64,000 nt of DNA from Eledone cirrhosa (GCA_964016885.1 OZ024741.1:63550001-63614000), one strand, 5' to 3'. Shown: positions 47,669 through 62,608, numbered from the stretch's first letter. Notes: a model not told the origin generated them from the letters alone. Numbers and translations: made by a program.

Positions 47669-48296
47669 AGTGAAATGAGTGTGTTGATATTTATTACAAT
47701 CTATAACTGGTAAAAGGCAAAGAGGACAAAACAAATGCACGTGTAGCAATAATGAGATGCTTTTTCTGAGTAAACCTATAAAAGGCAGTTTATGAATAAA
47801 AGTAACTTTCCAGTTCAAGAAGGAAAATATTATATTCAAAGTTTTGCAAAAGAAATGGAACTTCAATGAAATAAAAAGAAAGAATAACTTACTTACATCG
47901 CTGAGTATTTAAGAAAAATAATGGATGAATAAACATCGAAACAGAACTTACGTCAAAGAAGAAGAGAGAAAACATGTCAAATATACACAGGAAAAAAACA
48001 AATGACAAAAGAAAAGAAAATTGAAATATTAATGGGAAAAATAAAGAAATATATATAATCCACTTAAATTTTTTAGAAAAAAATATATATTAAGGAAACC
48101 AATTAGAAAGAAATACTATTTGTTTGACCTTTGCGGAATTAGAAAATCTGAAACTAAGAATAAAAGATATTCTTACAAATAGATAAAATTACAGGTAGAA
48201 TATCAGGCAAAAAAAGTGAAGTAAAGGAGTGTGTATATAATAGAATGCAGATAACAGACACACACACATATATATATATATTCTTCTCCCCATTTG

Positions 48297-48391
<95 letters not shown>

Positions 48392-48406
48392 ATGTATGTA
48401 TGTATG

Positions 48407-49013
48407 TCAGGTCACCAGTTGGTGCTATTGGTAACATGTATCCCAGTACAACCTGTCTCATGGTCGGGTCGTTGGCGACTAAACTGGCAACCCCACCAAG
48501 GTTTCTTGGTGAGGAGGGTGACTGTGGACATCCTGCAGGACTAAAAACAAAACCTGACAAAGGGCAAAGGACCTCTTAAGAGTCAATGGCCATCCAAAAT
48601 CACCGGGAGAGATGACCCCTTAGCCTTTGTCAAGGCAGAATTCTAGGAGAAGGAAAACTCTGATATAACACCTGCAACTCTGATGGTATCCAATGATGTT
48701 GACTTGTTCTTCTTTTTGGTAAATATCATCTTGGTTAAGAGAGTGGGACTGGCTTTGTGCAGTGCCTTTGCTCACTATAAAAGCTTCGTGGCACAGGCAT
48801 TGCTTTATATCTGGAGATCTCTCTGCCCTTGTCATCGCATGGTACCATGGGCCCAGCACTATGTGTCAATAATTGTCACAAGTGTAGTGTTTGTACCAGA
48901 GTTTTCAAGTCGCAGGCTGGACTAAAAAGTCACACTCGTTCAGCGCTTCGGTAGGGGTTCTCCTACATGGATATAAAGTAGTGGCCGTACTCGAAAACGA
49001 GTTGGCAGCCACA
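48407..49013 (+). mobile_element. Internally deleted RTE-like non-autonomous retroelement
   Basis: RTE-like 5' UTR motif CTAGGAGAAGGAAAACTCTGA. C-terminal finger CSVCTRVFKSQAGLKSHTR* at 48871-48954. (ATGT)n on both sides. Confidence 0.6.
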
Positions 49014-49942
49014 ATGTATGTATGTATGAGTGTATTATATACATATTGTATGTAGATATGGACACATCTATACATTAGAAATTGACATTGAATGGAGTTT
49101 TTCGGTATTTTTATTTCTCCCTAGTGTTTCTATTCTCATTCTTGTAGAAATGCGTTTAATAAATAAAATGTCTTAACATGGATATCCATCTATTATATAT
49201 ATATTTATATATGTGCATTTCTGTGTGAGTGTGTATAGAACAGTAAATTTGAAAACCCAAATAAAAGAAGTGGCTTAAAAGTAGAGAGAGAGCATATCTA
49301 TGATAAAAGAATATTTTAAAAATATCAAAATGCCTCAAGGACATTACTCTGTTATGAAACCAAAAAGAATGGAGGTTAGAATGTATGTACAATATTTAAT
49401 AAACAATACCCCCGTACATGTGTGAACGAAAAATATCATTATATCAAAAATAATGGGAGGTGATGGCAAAAGAGGTTGGGTGAATGAGTTGGGGACAAAT
49501 ATTTTCCTTTTCAACTTAACCAATTCAAGTTTCATTTGAAGAGGAAAATCGGTTAGAAGGGGAAGTGTTGCTTTCCAAACAGTTTGTTGAAAGGTCGATA
49601 AGAGTGGCTAGCATTTCCCGAGTAAACCTGCATGCTCTGAATATAGGTCTGTAGATTGGACAGGGACAGCTGTGAGAGGGCACTTGCGGCTTTCATGGGC
49701 TTTCTGTGGACTTTCCGACGAGTGATCCTCGGAAGTTTCCGCTATTGGGTATATACAATGTGGATGAACTACCAAATATCTATCTAGTCAATACCTGCCG
49801 TGTCTTTCTGTCTAAGCTATTTAGTCTTTTATTGTACACATGATCACCCCTGCTCCATATCTAAGGAGACCAACTATGTGCTGAAAGCTTCAATTTTATT
49901 CTGTCCATTCAGTTTCGACTTATTATTGATAATACTTTTATC

Positions 49943-49982
<40 letters not shown>

Positions 49983-51504
49983 GAATCAACAACAACTGTC
50001 GTATTATAAGTGAAAGCAAAATATTTATCCGATTACGATACAGAAACAGGAAGCTTTACCGGAAAATTAATCACTTGAAAGCTAAAACTATTCTTATATC
50101 TTAGTTATAGGATGGCATTAGACCAAGAAATATTTCATGGCTACGAGTCAACATTTCTGTGCCCTAATTTCGTGTTGTTTCTACAGTTGTTGTTGTTGTT
50201 GTTTAGCCATTAGTCGGTGCTGACTAAGCCGACTGATGATTAAAAGCATGCAGATGGCATTTTCTTTTTCTTAGAAATTATGAAAACCAGGCCACATTAT
50301 CCATTGAGTCCGGCTTTTTTAAATACTGTGGTTTAAAGAGATTTGGCTGCTATTTCTAGCAGATCAGAAAACTGCGTAGAGATAGCCTCATTGGTTCTGG
50401 TAATATCATGAGTATATTTTAAGCAAAGAGTTACTAGAAATGTTATAACGTAGCATCTTCAAATTATTGAACATTCTTTTGCTTAAAACAATATTGAGTT
50501 GTAGTATTTGATTCGGGTTTGATTTTTGTTTGAACTAGATACATTGATGCCTAATTTGAAGCAGTAGTTAATAATCTCTACAGCTTCTCTTTATTTTTAG
50601 TTCCATCATGTGCCATTATACTTTTAAATGGTTAAGATGTTTATGACGGCAAAGACTTTGATAACTTGGCTGATTGAGGTTAAACGACAACAACAAAGCT
50701 GATATACATTTCTATATTGTTTTCTCACCCTCCCACTCTCTCATTCTCTGGGATATCGCCAAACGAACATTTACATATACATAGTCGCTGCCATTAGAAT
50801 GTTAACACCACCATCAGCACACCTCCACAATCGAATCTCTATTAACACCACCACTATACCACAATCAGGACCACCACCTCTATACCACAATGACACTGTC
50901 AACAAATTGTCGTTTCCATATACGAGGAATTAGAAATAGAAGTTTTAGTGTTCTAGTTTTCTCACATATATTTGTGTATTTCTCACATATATTTGTATAT
51001 TTTGTAAATAAATGTTTCACATTTTCTTTCTTTTCATTTTCCTCTGATTGGGTTAAGCGTAGTTGTTCTTTCGGGTCTTGAAACTCAATAGATTTAAATA
51101 TATATAAATATATATATGTGTAGAAAGTTGTTTGGTTTTACTTGGATCTTACATTTGACTATCATTTTTAAATAGAATTTCTGCTGAACTACATTTTCTG
51201 TGAAGGTGTTAAATTATAGCGATATATAGTTTATTGTTAATCAAGCAATATAACATCTTCCCATATACTTTAATTTGAATTTTTACCTTTAATCCAAACA
51301 CTATAAATACACTACCATCACAAACAATTCCTGATATTATTAAATTATAAGTTTTATGAAATCCAAACATGATTTTTAATAATTCATGCTGATATAAATC
51401 TTAAAACAAACAACAGAATACAAAATGAATCTCAAAGCACGCACAATGGCCCAACTTCCAAATGCACACAATGTGTGTGTGCGCGTCTCTCTCTCTCTCT
51501 CTCT

Positions 51505-51535
<31 letters not shown>

Positions 51536-52060
51536 CTTAAGGTAAATATTGATGCAATTCATTTCAAGCACTCAACGTACTTTTTTCCCATATAGGAGTG
51601 ACGGAGTATATATCGAATAAGAAAGCGAAGTAGTTTCAGATGTTAAAGTCTTTAATAATAATGCTGTGATACATATTTCAATGACAACAGTGGCCACACG
51701 ATTCGGTGCGCCCAGTGCCGTGACATCATCAGACAGTTTGTTACATAATAAGGTAATGTTTACGAGGCAATCCAAATTGAATCGACATGCGTGTGCTCTT
51801 GAATTCAACTTGACCATCAACTACCACAGAGTTCAACGAAACTCGCCTAGGCATGTCCCCCTCTCAACCAAACAATGACCCCATCCAGGCATGTAATATG
51901 ACAAGGTTACAGCTTACTACTAGCCACCCTGTTAGTGGCAGTCGGCCGAAAGCTAGTGGGGGTGGGAGAGTATGATGTTTAGGGTCACGGCGGTATCGTG
52001 GTGTAGGGCTAGACAGAGTGTCGTGTAATAAAATAAAACAAGGACGAGTGGTTCCTGTGT

Positions 52061-52146
<86 letters not shown>

Positions 52147-52270
52147 AAAAATACGGATGATTTAGAAAATATTGTGAAAAGAAGAAATTTGAACTGAATA
52201 CGTTAATAATAACTAATACGTTAATAATAACTAATAATACTATAATAATAATCGATTATTATTATTTTCG

Positions 52271-52460
52271 TGGATTGACAGTATCGGTAGAGGGTCGGAC
52301 GCCATGCTTTGTAACAAAGAGTTACGGCCCTTTATGGTCTGATTTCAAATCCCGCCGAGGTTAACTTTGCCTTTCATCCTTACGAGGTCGATAAAATAAA
52401 GTACCAGTAATACAATCGGATAATTGCTGACCTTGTGCCAAAAGTAGAAACAATTATTAT
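52271..52460 (+). mobile_element. tRNA-derived SINE copy
   Basis: Matches family consensus. Confidence 0.88.
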
Positions 52461-52654
52461 TTTCATTTACATTGAGACTCATTTCAGATTATGTTGCTGC
52501 AAATTGACAAATTAAAAGTGTCCTAGTGTTTGTTGCGACTCACAGAGGATGGCTTGATATTGCCTTTCATTTTTCTCCATGTTTATAAATAATGTATGTG
52601 TCCAATCCACTTCTGTGGTCAAATTCTCCCTCTATCTCGCTTATATAGATATAT

Positions 52655-52750
52655 GTACTAAGAATGAGAAATGAAATTTCAGTTTTTCCATTTATGTATA
52701 TATATATACATAAATGGAAAAACTGAAATTTCATTTCTCACTCTTAGTAC
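52655..52750. repeat. 96-bp spacerless palindrome centred on (TA)n
   Basis: Arms are identical except for one mismatch. Confidence 0.95.
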
Positions 52751-53129
52751 AGCTGATACTTAAATATAAGTATGTATACGTACGTACAGTAGTATGTATA
52801 TACATACATACATGCACACATATATATATGTACGCATTTATTATAATGTTCGGTTTGTTTGTAAACAAACAGCCCGAATTAAGCCGTACAGTGTTCGGCA
52901 ACCATCGTTGCCCGTTTGTTCAACACTGACAAAGGAACGATGAACTAGTTTCTAGCTTATTAGCTGTCATCACCACCGTATACCTTCCTGTCAGTCGATT
53001 GAACGTTTGAAAGTAAAATTCATCTCATCAAATGTTGAGTATTACAATTAAAAACTACAAATTAAAGATTTAAAATTAAGCGTTCAGGTAAGTTTTTTTC
53101 TATCTTCCTTGTTCAGAAGGAGACTGGAG

Positions 53130-53166
<37 letters not shown>

Positions 53167-54949
53167 CACGCTACCCCAATTCACTCAACCATAGAAATGA
53201 GATGCTACGTCACTACTGCCAAGCTGTATCGGCCATTGCCTTTTTCTTGAACGATATCGGAGGCGTGGAGAGGGGAGACTGGTCTTCCACAAACACACAT
53301 TGCGCAGGCTTGTGCCTCGGAGAGAAAATTTCTAGGTGCAAAGGAGAGGGAGCTCAGATTGCGTTTGTGCTGGTTTGTAACTCCACAGGAATCTAAAACT
53401 CTTAGCGAATTCATGGTAGATACTATCAAGTTATTCTAGATTGTGAGTGACGGCTGTAGTTTTTAGAAAATTATCTAATGAGCAGCTCCCTCTTTTAAGA
53501 AAGCTATGGTCTGAGGAAGATTTGGCTGCTATTTTTAACACATCAAGTGATTGCATAGCTGCTCATTGACTTGTAGGTGTTGTTGATAATGATTGATATT
53601 TTGTTTTTGTTGTTTCAGTGTTTGGCTGTTATGATATTTGTTCTATTTCTATTCGTTCGTGTTGTCTTCTCCCTACTGCGATATGAATTATTAATCATAA
53701 GTCATTTGGCTTTCAATTATGGTTCATTGTCTAGCCATAAAATATCTCTATTAAACGGAAGACATCAGATGTGATATTTCTCAGCCAATATCTGTTTCAG
53801 GCGGCAGAATATACTTTTATAGCTCCAAATCTTTGATTATCATTTTAATGACAGATAGGATAGCTTCCAACTGATGATCTATAATTAAAACCGCTTGAAC
53901 ATATATATGTTTTCATGCCGATTTATTTTCCAAATTTATCTCCAATGGAATAAAAGCTATCTCTTATTTAGAAATAAGATTCCTGCACTGTAATTTAGAT
54001 AATATTAAATGCTTTTATTCAAATTTTATCTAAATTCAAGTGTTTAAATATGTCGGTTTATGTGAGGATATACTTGTATTCGTGTAATAATAGATGTACA
54101 TGTATTTTCAGTACACGAGTATGTATATGTATATGTACGTACAGATGTATCTACATTCGTGTATGCATGCACATCATTGTGTATGTGAATCTGTATCTTT
54201 TGTCTTATGGGCGTATGTCTGTTCACATATATACTTACATGCTATTGACATAGTTCTTGGAATAATTTACTGATTTTTACAGAGCCTTATGCAAATATAT
54301 AAATTACTGAGAGATAAGTTGACAGTAGCTAGGAGATTCGAAACGTGGATATAAACCACTTAGAATAATATCATCATTATCATCATCATCATCGTAATTT
54401 TCAATAGGCAGTTTCTTAATCGCTTGATGTTTAGAATGACGATCGTCAGACAAAATGACTTACAGTATATTATTTCGTCTCTTTATGTTCTGAGTTCAAA
54501 TCTCACAGGAACTGAGTCTTCAACTTTTCGTTCAATAGTCGACAAAATTAGTATCAATAAATTATTGGAGTCATTTCAATATTCTCAAACTTTTGTGGTC
54601 TTGTGACTGTGTTAGAAAACATTACGATGGGCAATCATGTGTTATTTCAATTTATTGGCTTTGGTTTTATGGCTAAGCACCATTTTATGAGAGCAATATC
54701 ACATTTTCCGTTTCTATATTTACTTTAGTATTCTTGAGCCAATGCTGACATAAATTTAGATCTTTGCTTTCTTTTTACCTTTTTGGTTTGCTTTCTCCTG
54801 TATGGAACATTTTTTTTTTTGTGGAGTTAGTATTTTGGTGTTACTTTGTAATTTCTTTGTGTATAGAGAAAAATCTATTGATTTTGTTTCCATGCTTCCT
54901 AATAATATTAATCCGTCAACATTTGGTGGCTTCTATGTATTTTTGTATT

Positions 54950-55210
54950 CACTGGGGATCCTTTTTTATTGTTTACTGTGTGTATGGGATATATAACCGA
55001 TTTATATCAGGTTTAGAATGTTGAGTTCAAAATACGGGAAGTAGTTTGTTGAGTTTCCTAGTTAAGGTTTTCACTTCATTTAACTTCCAATTGATTATAT
55101 TGAAGTTGTAATTTACGACAGGTAAATAGTATATTTATAGTTCTAATTGTATATCTCGCACGTTCACTTTTGAATATTGCTCTGAATAATTTAATTATCG
55201 CTTTCATTTC
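54950..55210 (-). pseudogene. Decayed R4/Dong-like non-LTR RT C-terminal region
   Basis: PVVNYNFNIINWKLNEVKTLTRKLNKLL..*..HSKPDINRLYIP resembles the R4/Dong PV.TYSFGIINW...HHPKADVDRLY.P segment. Confidence 0.6.
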
Positions 55211-56069
55211 TTTATGTTCTGTATTATTGGTATCAGCTGCACATTTTATAGTTCAGTAATAATTTCAAATTTATTTCGCATCTTTTAAGAGTATCTTTGT
55301 ACAGTCATGTAATACCTGTTCATTTTGTTAACGCTGCTGAATCTATGGACAGGTTTTAAATAGTTCTTCTATTAGAGCGTTGTCTCATGTGCAAATTTTC
55401 AACTGACCCATATTGATTTATAATTGAACAGTACATACGATTTGTGGCAATTCGTGGTTAAGTTTCATTTTTATAGGGTTATTTTCATCACCTTCGTTTC
55501 ATCATATGTTATTACATGTTTCGTTACGTTCTAGCATTATGCAAATATCACCATAGAATAAGGCCTACTGTGTTTGTATAGTGACTCCAATGGTTGGTTT
55601 GTATGGTACGATGCTACAAATTATTCGATTTCGTAATAAAGAATGAGAAGAGATAGAGAATTGTAATATGTATGTATCCAATTGGTGAAAGCAAGTGATT
55701 ATCAACTACGACCAGTTGTATTCTGTATTGTTTGGTATATATTGACTTTCAGAATAAGTCATCTGCATGTATTTGGTTATTGCGGATTACGTTACATTCC
55801 ATAACTACACGCTACTAATTCTTTTTAATTCTAACGTTTAAGGTTAGGAATCGTATTGAATAACATATTAAACAATCAATAAGGATCATATAAGCTGTTT
55901 ATAATTGTATATATCTTCTCGTTAACAGCTAATTAACTTTATATTGAATAACTGTAGTTAAACTGAGTGATTGGGAAAACGGTCGAAGATATATCGGTCC
56001 TTCCGATGACTTCATTTCAATATTATCATCATCATCATCGTTTAACGTCTATCTTCCACGCTAGCATGG

Positions 56070-56110
<41 letters not shown>

Positions 56111-56111
<1 letters not shown>

Positions 56112-56213
56112 TATGAAAAGATTCATGACCCCGATAGCCGAGCTCCGGCCATTTCGATAGCTAGATGCGAAACGGCCGGAGCTTAGCCGTCGGGATCCTG
56201 AATCTTTTCATAT
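56111..56213. repeat. Inverted pair of pLTR/hammerhead 3' halves
   Basis: ~46-bp imperfect arms, each matching 42562-42616. Confidence 0.85.
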
Positions 56214-58432
56214 TACCCACTCTACTACCCTAATTATCGATTACATTCTGTTCTGCTAACAATTACCGCAACAATTGTTATGGGCTTGGAGCTTTTGAGA
56301 AATTGAGGATTAATATTGTGTAGTAGTGCTCTTCAATCTTTTAATACTTAAAATGTCCATAAATTATTCTAAGAGTTATATTACTAAATCACTTAAAATT
56401 CTTGATTATTTTCAGAATTATTTGGAAATCAAAGACAAGTGTCTTTCATTCGAAATATGATGTGCAACACTAAAACCTGATTCCAAAATATATGAAGTAG
56501 TGAATGGTAGCAGAAAATTAGATGTCCCCGTCCACGTATCATTTTTATTTTGTCATAAAATTTGGTAGCCTCAACTTTTGATGTTGCATTTGCTTACTTC
56601 ATCATATTTAAGTTAAAGTATTTTTCTTGGTATGTAATGTCAACCATTAGTATTAAAAGGATTTCCCACCTAGCCATACATCTTCAAGCTTAAATATCTC
56701 TAAATCGTTTTTTTTTTATTCAATTTAAAGTCGTTGGATGAGTACTGATCTGTTACATCTCTGAAATTGGATCATCTTTAAACAATGACAATTCCACAAA
56801 CTGATGAAATTCCCCCTTCAGAATATTCTGACAGAAAAGTTAAAGATTTTTATGAATAATTAAACAAGATTATTATAACTTATGTGTCATATTCGCTCCT
56901 GGAATCAGCAAATTAATTTCACTAAACTTCCTGAAAATCTCTGCGAAATAAAAAGCTTCGTGTTTATTTGTTTTTAATTGTTGTTAGAGGCTAACTTTAA
57001 TTGAAAATACTGTATAACACTGCCATATAATTGGAGAAGACTAGTCATACATGCATCTTTTGAGAATGTCTTTGCGTTGCATCAATTTATAAAATTGTTC
57101 ATTATTGTCCCTTTACGATCTGAGTTTAAATCCCGCCGAGGTTGACTTTGCCTTTCATCCTTACGGGGTCGATAAAATAAAGTACCAGTAATGCACTGGA
57201 TAATTGCTGGCCTTGTGCCTAAAGTAGAAACAATTATTATCCTGTTACAACATGTCGTAACAACCTAGTTTTTTTCATTCGCTTTTATTTTATTTATAAC
57301 AACTAGCAGAAAAACCACCCGAAGGGTAGTTTTCTGCTAGCATGTGTAGTGTGTATATTTGATACTATACGCAGGTATATATACATGTAGATATGATACA
57401 TCAAATAAAATCGTAATTGACAATATATAATACATAGAAATTGTCTATATATAATACATAGAAATTGCGTTAACTGTCTTATTTAATCAGTAACGTAATC
57501 CATGATTACATTAAAAAAGACGATATTATATATATATTAGGAGAAAATTAGTGACATAAAATTAGTATGTTTATTTAAGCGATGGCCAACCGGAAATGTT
57601 AAAGAAGTGAATCTTTAAATAAACAAAATATATTTAATCAACAGCCACGAAATTTAGTGGATAAATTATGTAATATTCATTCATTATTTATTCAAAGTAA
57701 TCCAACTTATTTTACTAATGGGATAAAAAATTATAAACCGTACGCTGTCCCGCGCTCCTTACTTTATTATAGTTTAGATAAGAATTAAATCTTATGGTGA
57801 TATGAAGGCTTTTACGTAAATGTTTGCCTACAAGATATGTTTAAGCATCACGCAAGAAATACATAAATGTTTCGGACTTCTTTCGGACTCAGCAAAACTA
57901 AGATAGTGTCATATCATTGATAGATCTGCAGCAGTAGCATATGCAACAATATTGTTTATGTGTATATAATGTTTTTGTAATGTATGATTTCACAGCAGTA
58001 AATAGTGATAATTCTTGTCTATCTATAATAGAATTAAAAATGAACGATTTTTAAAAATCTTTCAGGCATTTCTTGAAAATAGGCTTTTCTGTAATACAAT
58101 GAGCTCGCAATTGACTAGGTTTTATAGTCTGTGTCATGAGACACTGGATGTTGTTCGTAATAGATTCATTGAAACCTTTTTTTTTGTAGGGGTGGAGGTC
58201 ATATACAGTGAAAAATAGTTACGGATATATTTCCTATTTTACCATCTTTTGAGGCACGATTTAAAAACATTTTTCCGGAGATTATTCGTAAGTCACAACA
58301 CAGAAAGGTAACATTTCTGAAATCTCGCCAAACGCTATAACACGCACAGGCAACATGCAGAAAACTTTACATAGAAACATAAATGTGTATTTCATAGTAA
58401 AACGAGCCTTAATGTAACAGCTATCTAATATT

Positions 58433-58633
58433 GATTTCTAATTTTGACACAAAGCCAGTAAATTTTGGGTTGGGACAATTTTAATTAAATCAGCCACAGT
58501 ACTTGACTGATACATTATTTTACCGACCCCGGAAGGATGAAAGGTATGGTTCACTTTGATAGGATTTGAACTGAAACAAACACTCCGAGGGAATTTTATT
58601 CGATGCTCTACCAATTCTGCCAATCCACCAGCC
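58433..58633 (-). mobile_element. Older SINE copy (long subfamily)
   Basis: Diverged A/B boxes and core. Confidence 0.75.
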
Positions 58634-60396
58634 TTACAGATAATTAATATCAGAATTTGATCTAATCTACATCTAGTTCTACTGTTACAGAGAAAGAAAT
58701 GTAACCAACGTAACAGCTATGAGCCAAATAAAAATATATTAGTATTAAAATGGTATATATGTAGATAGAGATCTGGATTTAAATTTGGATTCTATGTATT
58801 TAGATCTAGAATTCTAAATCTAGCTTTACTAAACAGCTAAGCCATGAACATTACAATTTGTTTTTAGAACTCACTTAAAGGTCAACGACAAATAATTTTT
58901 CTCATCATGCCACGTCACTATCACCACGATACTAATGGTCCCTTCCTCAGGCGAGATGCCACCCTCACGATGTTGCAGAGGGAAAATGGTAGTCCGGGGA
59001 CAGAGCCCAGCGGTGGTTCTGGTGGCAATCGGCACGCAGACATGCAAAAATGCCATAAGTCTAATATGATCAACTCATTGCAGCCAATTTGTCATGTGGT
59101 ACATGTGGCAGAGAATTTTCAAAAAAAAAAAAAGAGAGAGAGATACTCAAAAATACCTAAACATGATCCGGATCAAACTGAAGGCCCAAATAATGGAAGT
59201 GGTGAATATCAATGTTTTAAAAGCCACTGCTGCTTCTCACACTCAATGATAAAGACAAATCAACAGCGATGTTCATATTCCTCCAGCGAGTCGACAGCCT
59301 TAAATAGCTTGGTAAGCAGGGAAGTTGGTTTTGGGGAAAGTAAAGAGGTAGATAGGCAGGTAGGTAGAAAGATAAATACGTTGCTAAGGTAAGTGTGTAG
59401 GTTGGTATTCAGGTAGGTAGATTGTTAGGAAGGAAGGTAGGTCAGGAAGATAGGTGAGTAGGAAAGTATGTTGGTAGTTAGGTAGGTTTATAAACAGGTG
59501 GCTAGGTACGTATGTTATTAGGTAGGCAGATAAAGTAAATAGACATGTGCCTATCGAAAAAGAAATTTCTAATTACGAAATAATTATGCCCAATGACTAA
59601 TGTCATTTTAATCATTTCGCTGCAGTGGTTTAGTAAGGCCAACACCTCTGTTGAATTACCTTCCATATTTGTCGAGTGATTAGATTAATGTTAGTGAGGC
59701 ACGGAGCTAATATTGCCTTAGCTTTTCCTCACCGCATAATTATTTGTAGTTAACATATGTGGAAAGATAATCCTCATACGTCATCCATAATTTATTTTTC
59801 CTTTTGATGTTCGTCTGGGTTAACGAAACATTGTTGACAATATATGTTGTTACTGTTGTTAGGTTCATTGTTGTTGTTATCACTGATATTTTTGATTTTG
59901 CTGTCGGTCATGTTCTTATTGTTTAAATCCGAGACAGTCTTGATTGAAAATAACTAGATCAAAGACTGTGTCTTTTACTGTGTCAATCACTGTGTCTTTT
60001 ATATTTTCAAGCAGAGTGCATACACATTAATTAGTCCAATTCACCATTTATCGATATAAAAGCATCCCCACCATTTATTTTCTCAGTTTCTACCTGTAAT
60101 TGTTCCAGATTTTTGTGTATGGAAACCTGTTTAGTCTCCCCAACTTACATGTGCTTTTGAAAGATACAAATATCAAAAGCCACACAAAATATCACGGTTT
60201 TTTTCTGCTTTTAATTAAATTATTATGAGCGTGTGTTTGAATTTTTGAAATTTAAAGAAGCTATTTTGATTTATTTTATTTCTCTTTCACTCTTTTCTTC
60301 TTCACTGACATTTTATATTCTTGCATTAGGAATTTTATGAAAATTACAGCATCATCATTTGGTAATGTTACGTTTAAAAGTATTCACTTGTTAATT

Positions 60397-60573
60397 TTAT
60401 GTAATTAGATCGTGTGTCCCTTGTTAGTTTATGCTTGATCATTTCTGAAGCAAGGAAGAATATTTTCACTTTAGCTAAATTAAAATGTTATGTAATTAGA
60501 TAGTGTGTGTCTTGCTGTTTTAGGCTTGATTATTTTCGAAGAAAGGGAAAATATTTTAACTTTAGCTAAATTA
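60397..60573. repeat. ~90-bp diverged tandem duplication
   Basis: TTATGTAATTAGAT...ACTTTAGCTAAATTA occurs twice. Confidence 0.85.
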
Positions 60574-60734
60574 GAGCCATCAAAGAGAGGCAAAACAAAA
60601 AGATATTAAGCTGCACTCATAGGATAGTCTATCAAATTCAAAAATAGCACTTGGAAGAATAAAGACTTTTAGTTCAAGAAATAATAATAGGTTCTTCAAA
60701 CTATCCTGTAGTAATAACGCACACACAGAGCTAA

Positions 60735-60793
<59 letters not shown>

Positions 60794-62500
60794 ATTATCA
60801 CTTACTTTTAGAATTAATTCGTAACAAGAGATGAAAAGAAATGTTTGCAGATGCACCATTAGAAGGTCAGTAGAGAAGTCAACAATTTATAGTAGGTACA
60901 TCTTATGTTCCCAAATGCTCTGTTAATCTGAATAGACAGCAATACTTGTGCGAAGAAAAGTGTGTTGTTACGTCACAAAACGTTTTCATAGAAACCAAGG
61001 CCATTTCTCCGAATTGCTCATCATGGACATTAAGAATGACCAACTGAAAATTATCTACAATTTATAATTCATAAGATTTAGAAGCAAATGCTAATGCTAT
61101 TATTGTTTTTGCTATTGTTCATTACACCAAAGTTAGGTTTGATTATTTTACCTATAATTAATATTTGATATGTTCATCTTTTATTAAGACCGCTTAATGT
61201 AATGTACTTTAAGGATGATATTGTTGCTTTTTCAAGCAGCACAAATGACTGGATAAAGGCCTCTTTTACTGATTTGGTAATAGAACTTCGACAGTCAACG
61301 TATTAGACAACTCATCCCTGGCAATGGAATTCTCATTTTAAAATACAAGGTGGAATAAATAGCCAACAACTAGCCCCTATATGGGTACATGACGAGGTAG
61401 AAATAACAACCAAATCATTCTTAAATTACAGTCTTCCAGTACCCAAAATGGAAGGGACCACTGGACAATATAATTTCTAATATAATAGATAAAACAATAG
61501 CTGTTGAGAACAATGTTTGATCATCTACTCGATTAGAACCGACCTGGCCCTAAAAACCTTCAAGACCTAAGCAGAACAAATTTTACGTAAGGATCTTTAC
61601 ACGAAAGCTCACTAAATCCATACATAAACTATGCCACTATATTAATATTCCTATTCATTTCAATGGACTATACAAATTGTTTCTCTAACACCATGTAATT
61701 GAGACATTATTTTGCATTAAGCAAGCTCCATATCGAAACCTTACTGGGAATATATCGCAGGTCAAGGCTAAAATGTTTCAAAAGAAACAAATCTGTATTT
61801 GTTACTGTTCAGCAAAATCTAGCTTGCATTATAGAGAAATTTTGCAGACTAGTTAAACGAACAGACAGCATAAATACATTTTTAAACCGACAAAATAATT
61901 ATGCCATAAGCAGATTTTTATTTATGAATAAACATAAATCTTATATATTCTAACTTATTTTATTTAAACAAATATAAAAAATATTTTTTTCAAAATGAAT
62001 AACTTAAAAGGTAAACAAGTTTTACGATTTAATTTTTGATTATATAAATATATGTATAGAATCTGCAGTACTGAGACTGAGGAGACCACGAATCATGGGA
62101 GTATTGAATGCATAGGGAAATGCAGAGTGGGTATAGAGGCACGTAAAATTCCGACCGAGGCGCCAAGCGGTTTCGGCTTGTGTGTTCAGCGCCGTGGTCG
62201 GTATTTTACCCCCCACCTCTCTTCCCATTTATTATTATTATCATTACTATTAATATATATATATATATATATATATACGGGATAACAGGTTATCGTTATG
62301 GCAGTCCACTTAGATGTAGTCCAGTTGGAGTAGTTCGTTAGTGGATAGATTTAACGTGTGGCTTAGTTTGACTCAACACTCGTTTCCATAGTGATGCTGC
62401 GAGTTCGCGGTGATTTCTATGTAGTTTATACTTGGAGTAATAATAATTCAAGAAAGAAGAGTGACATGGTTCACTATACAACAAGGGCTTTATTCACATT

Positions 62501-62608
62501 GCTGACAATTGTTTCTTTGATCTGGCAGGTCTAGAGTTCGCTATACGCCTGATTATGCGCCAATCGACCTCCAATACTTTGTTTATAACCAGTCGTTTTC
62601 ATCAGAGC
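62501..62608 (-). ncRNA. Hammerhead motif in a TA-flanked pLTR-like fragment (62277-63230)
   Basis: Minus strand GCT-CTGATGA...GAAAC AATT GTC-AGC followed by AATAAA. The base of stem II pairs poorly. Confidence 0.68.

Noticed and set aside
58907-59392. 161-aa ORF and a nearby CGTCGREF zinc-finger-like fragment
   Set aside because: No recognisable domain; the finger fragment is in another frame and broken by an A-run.
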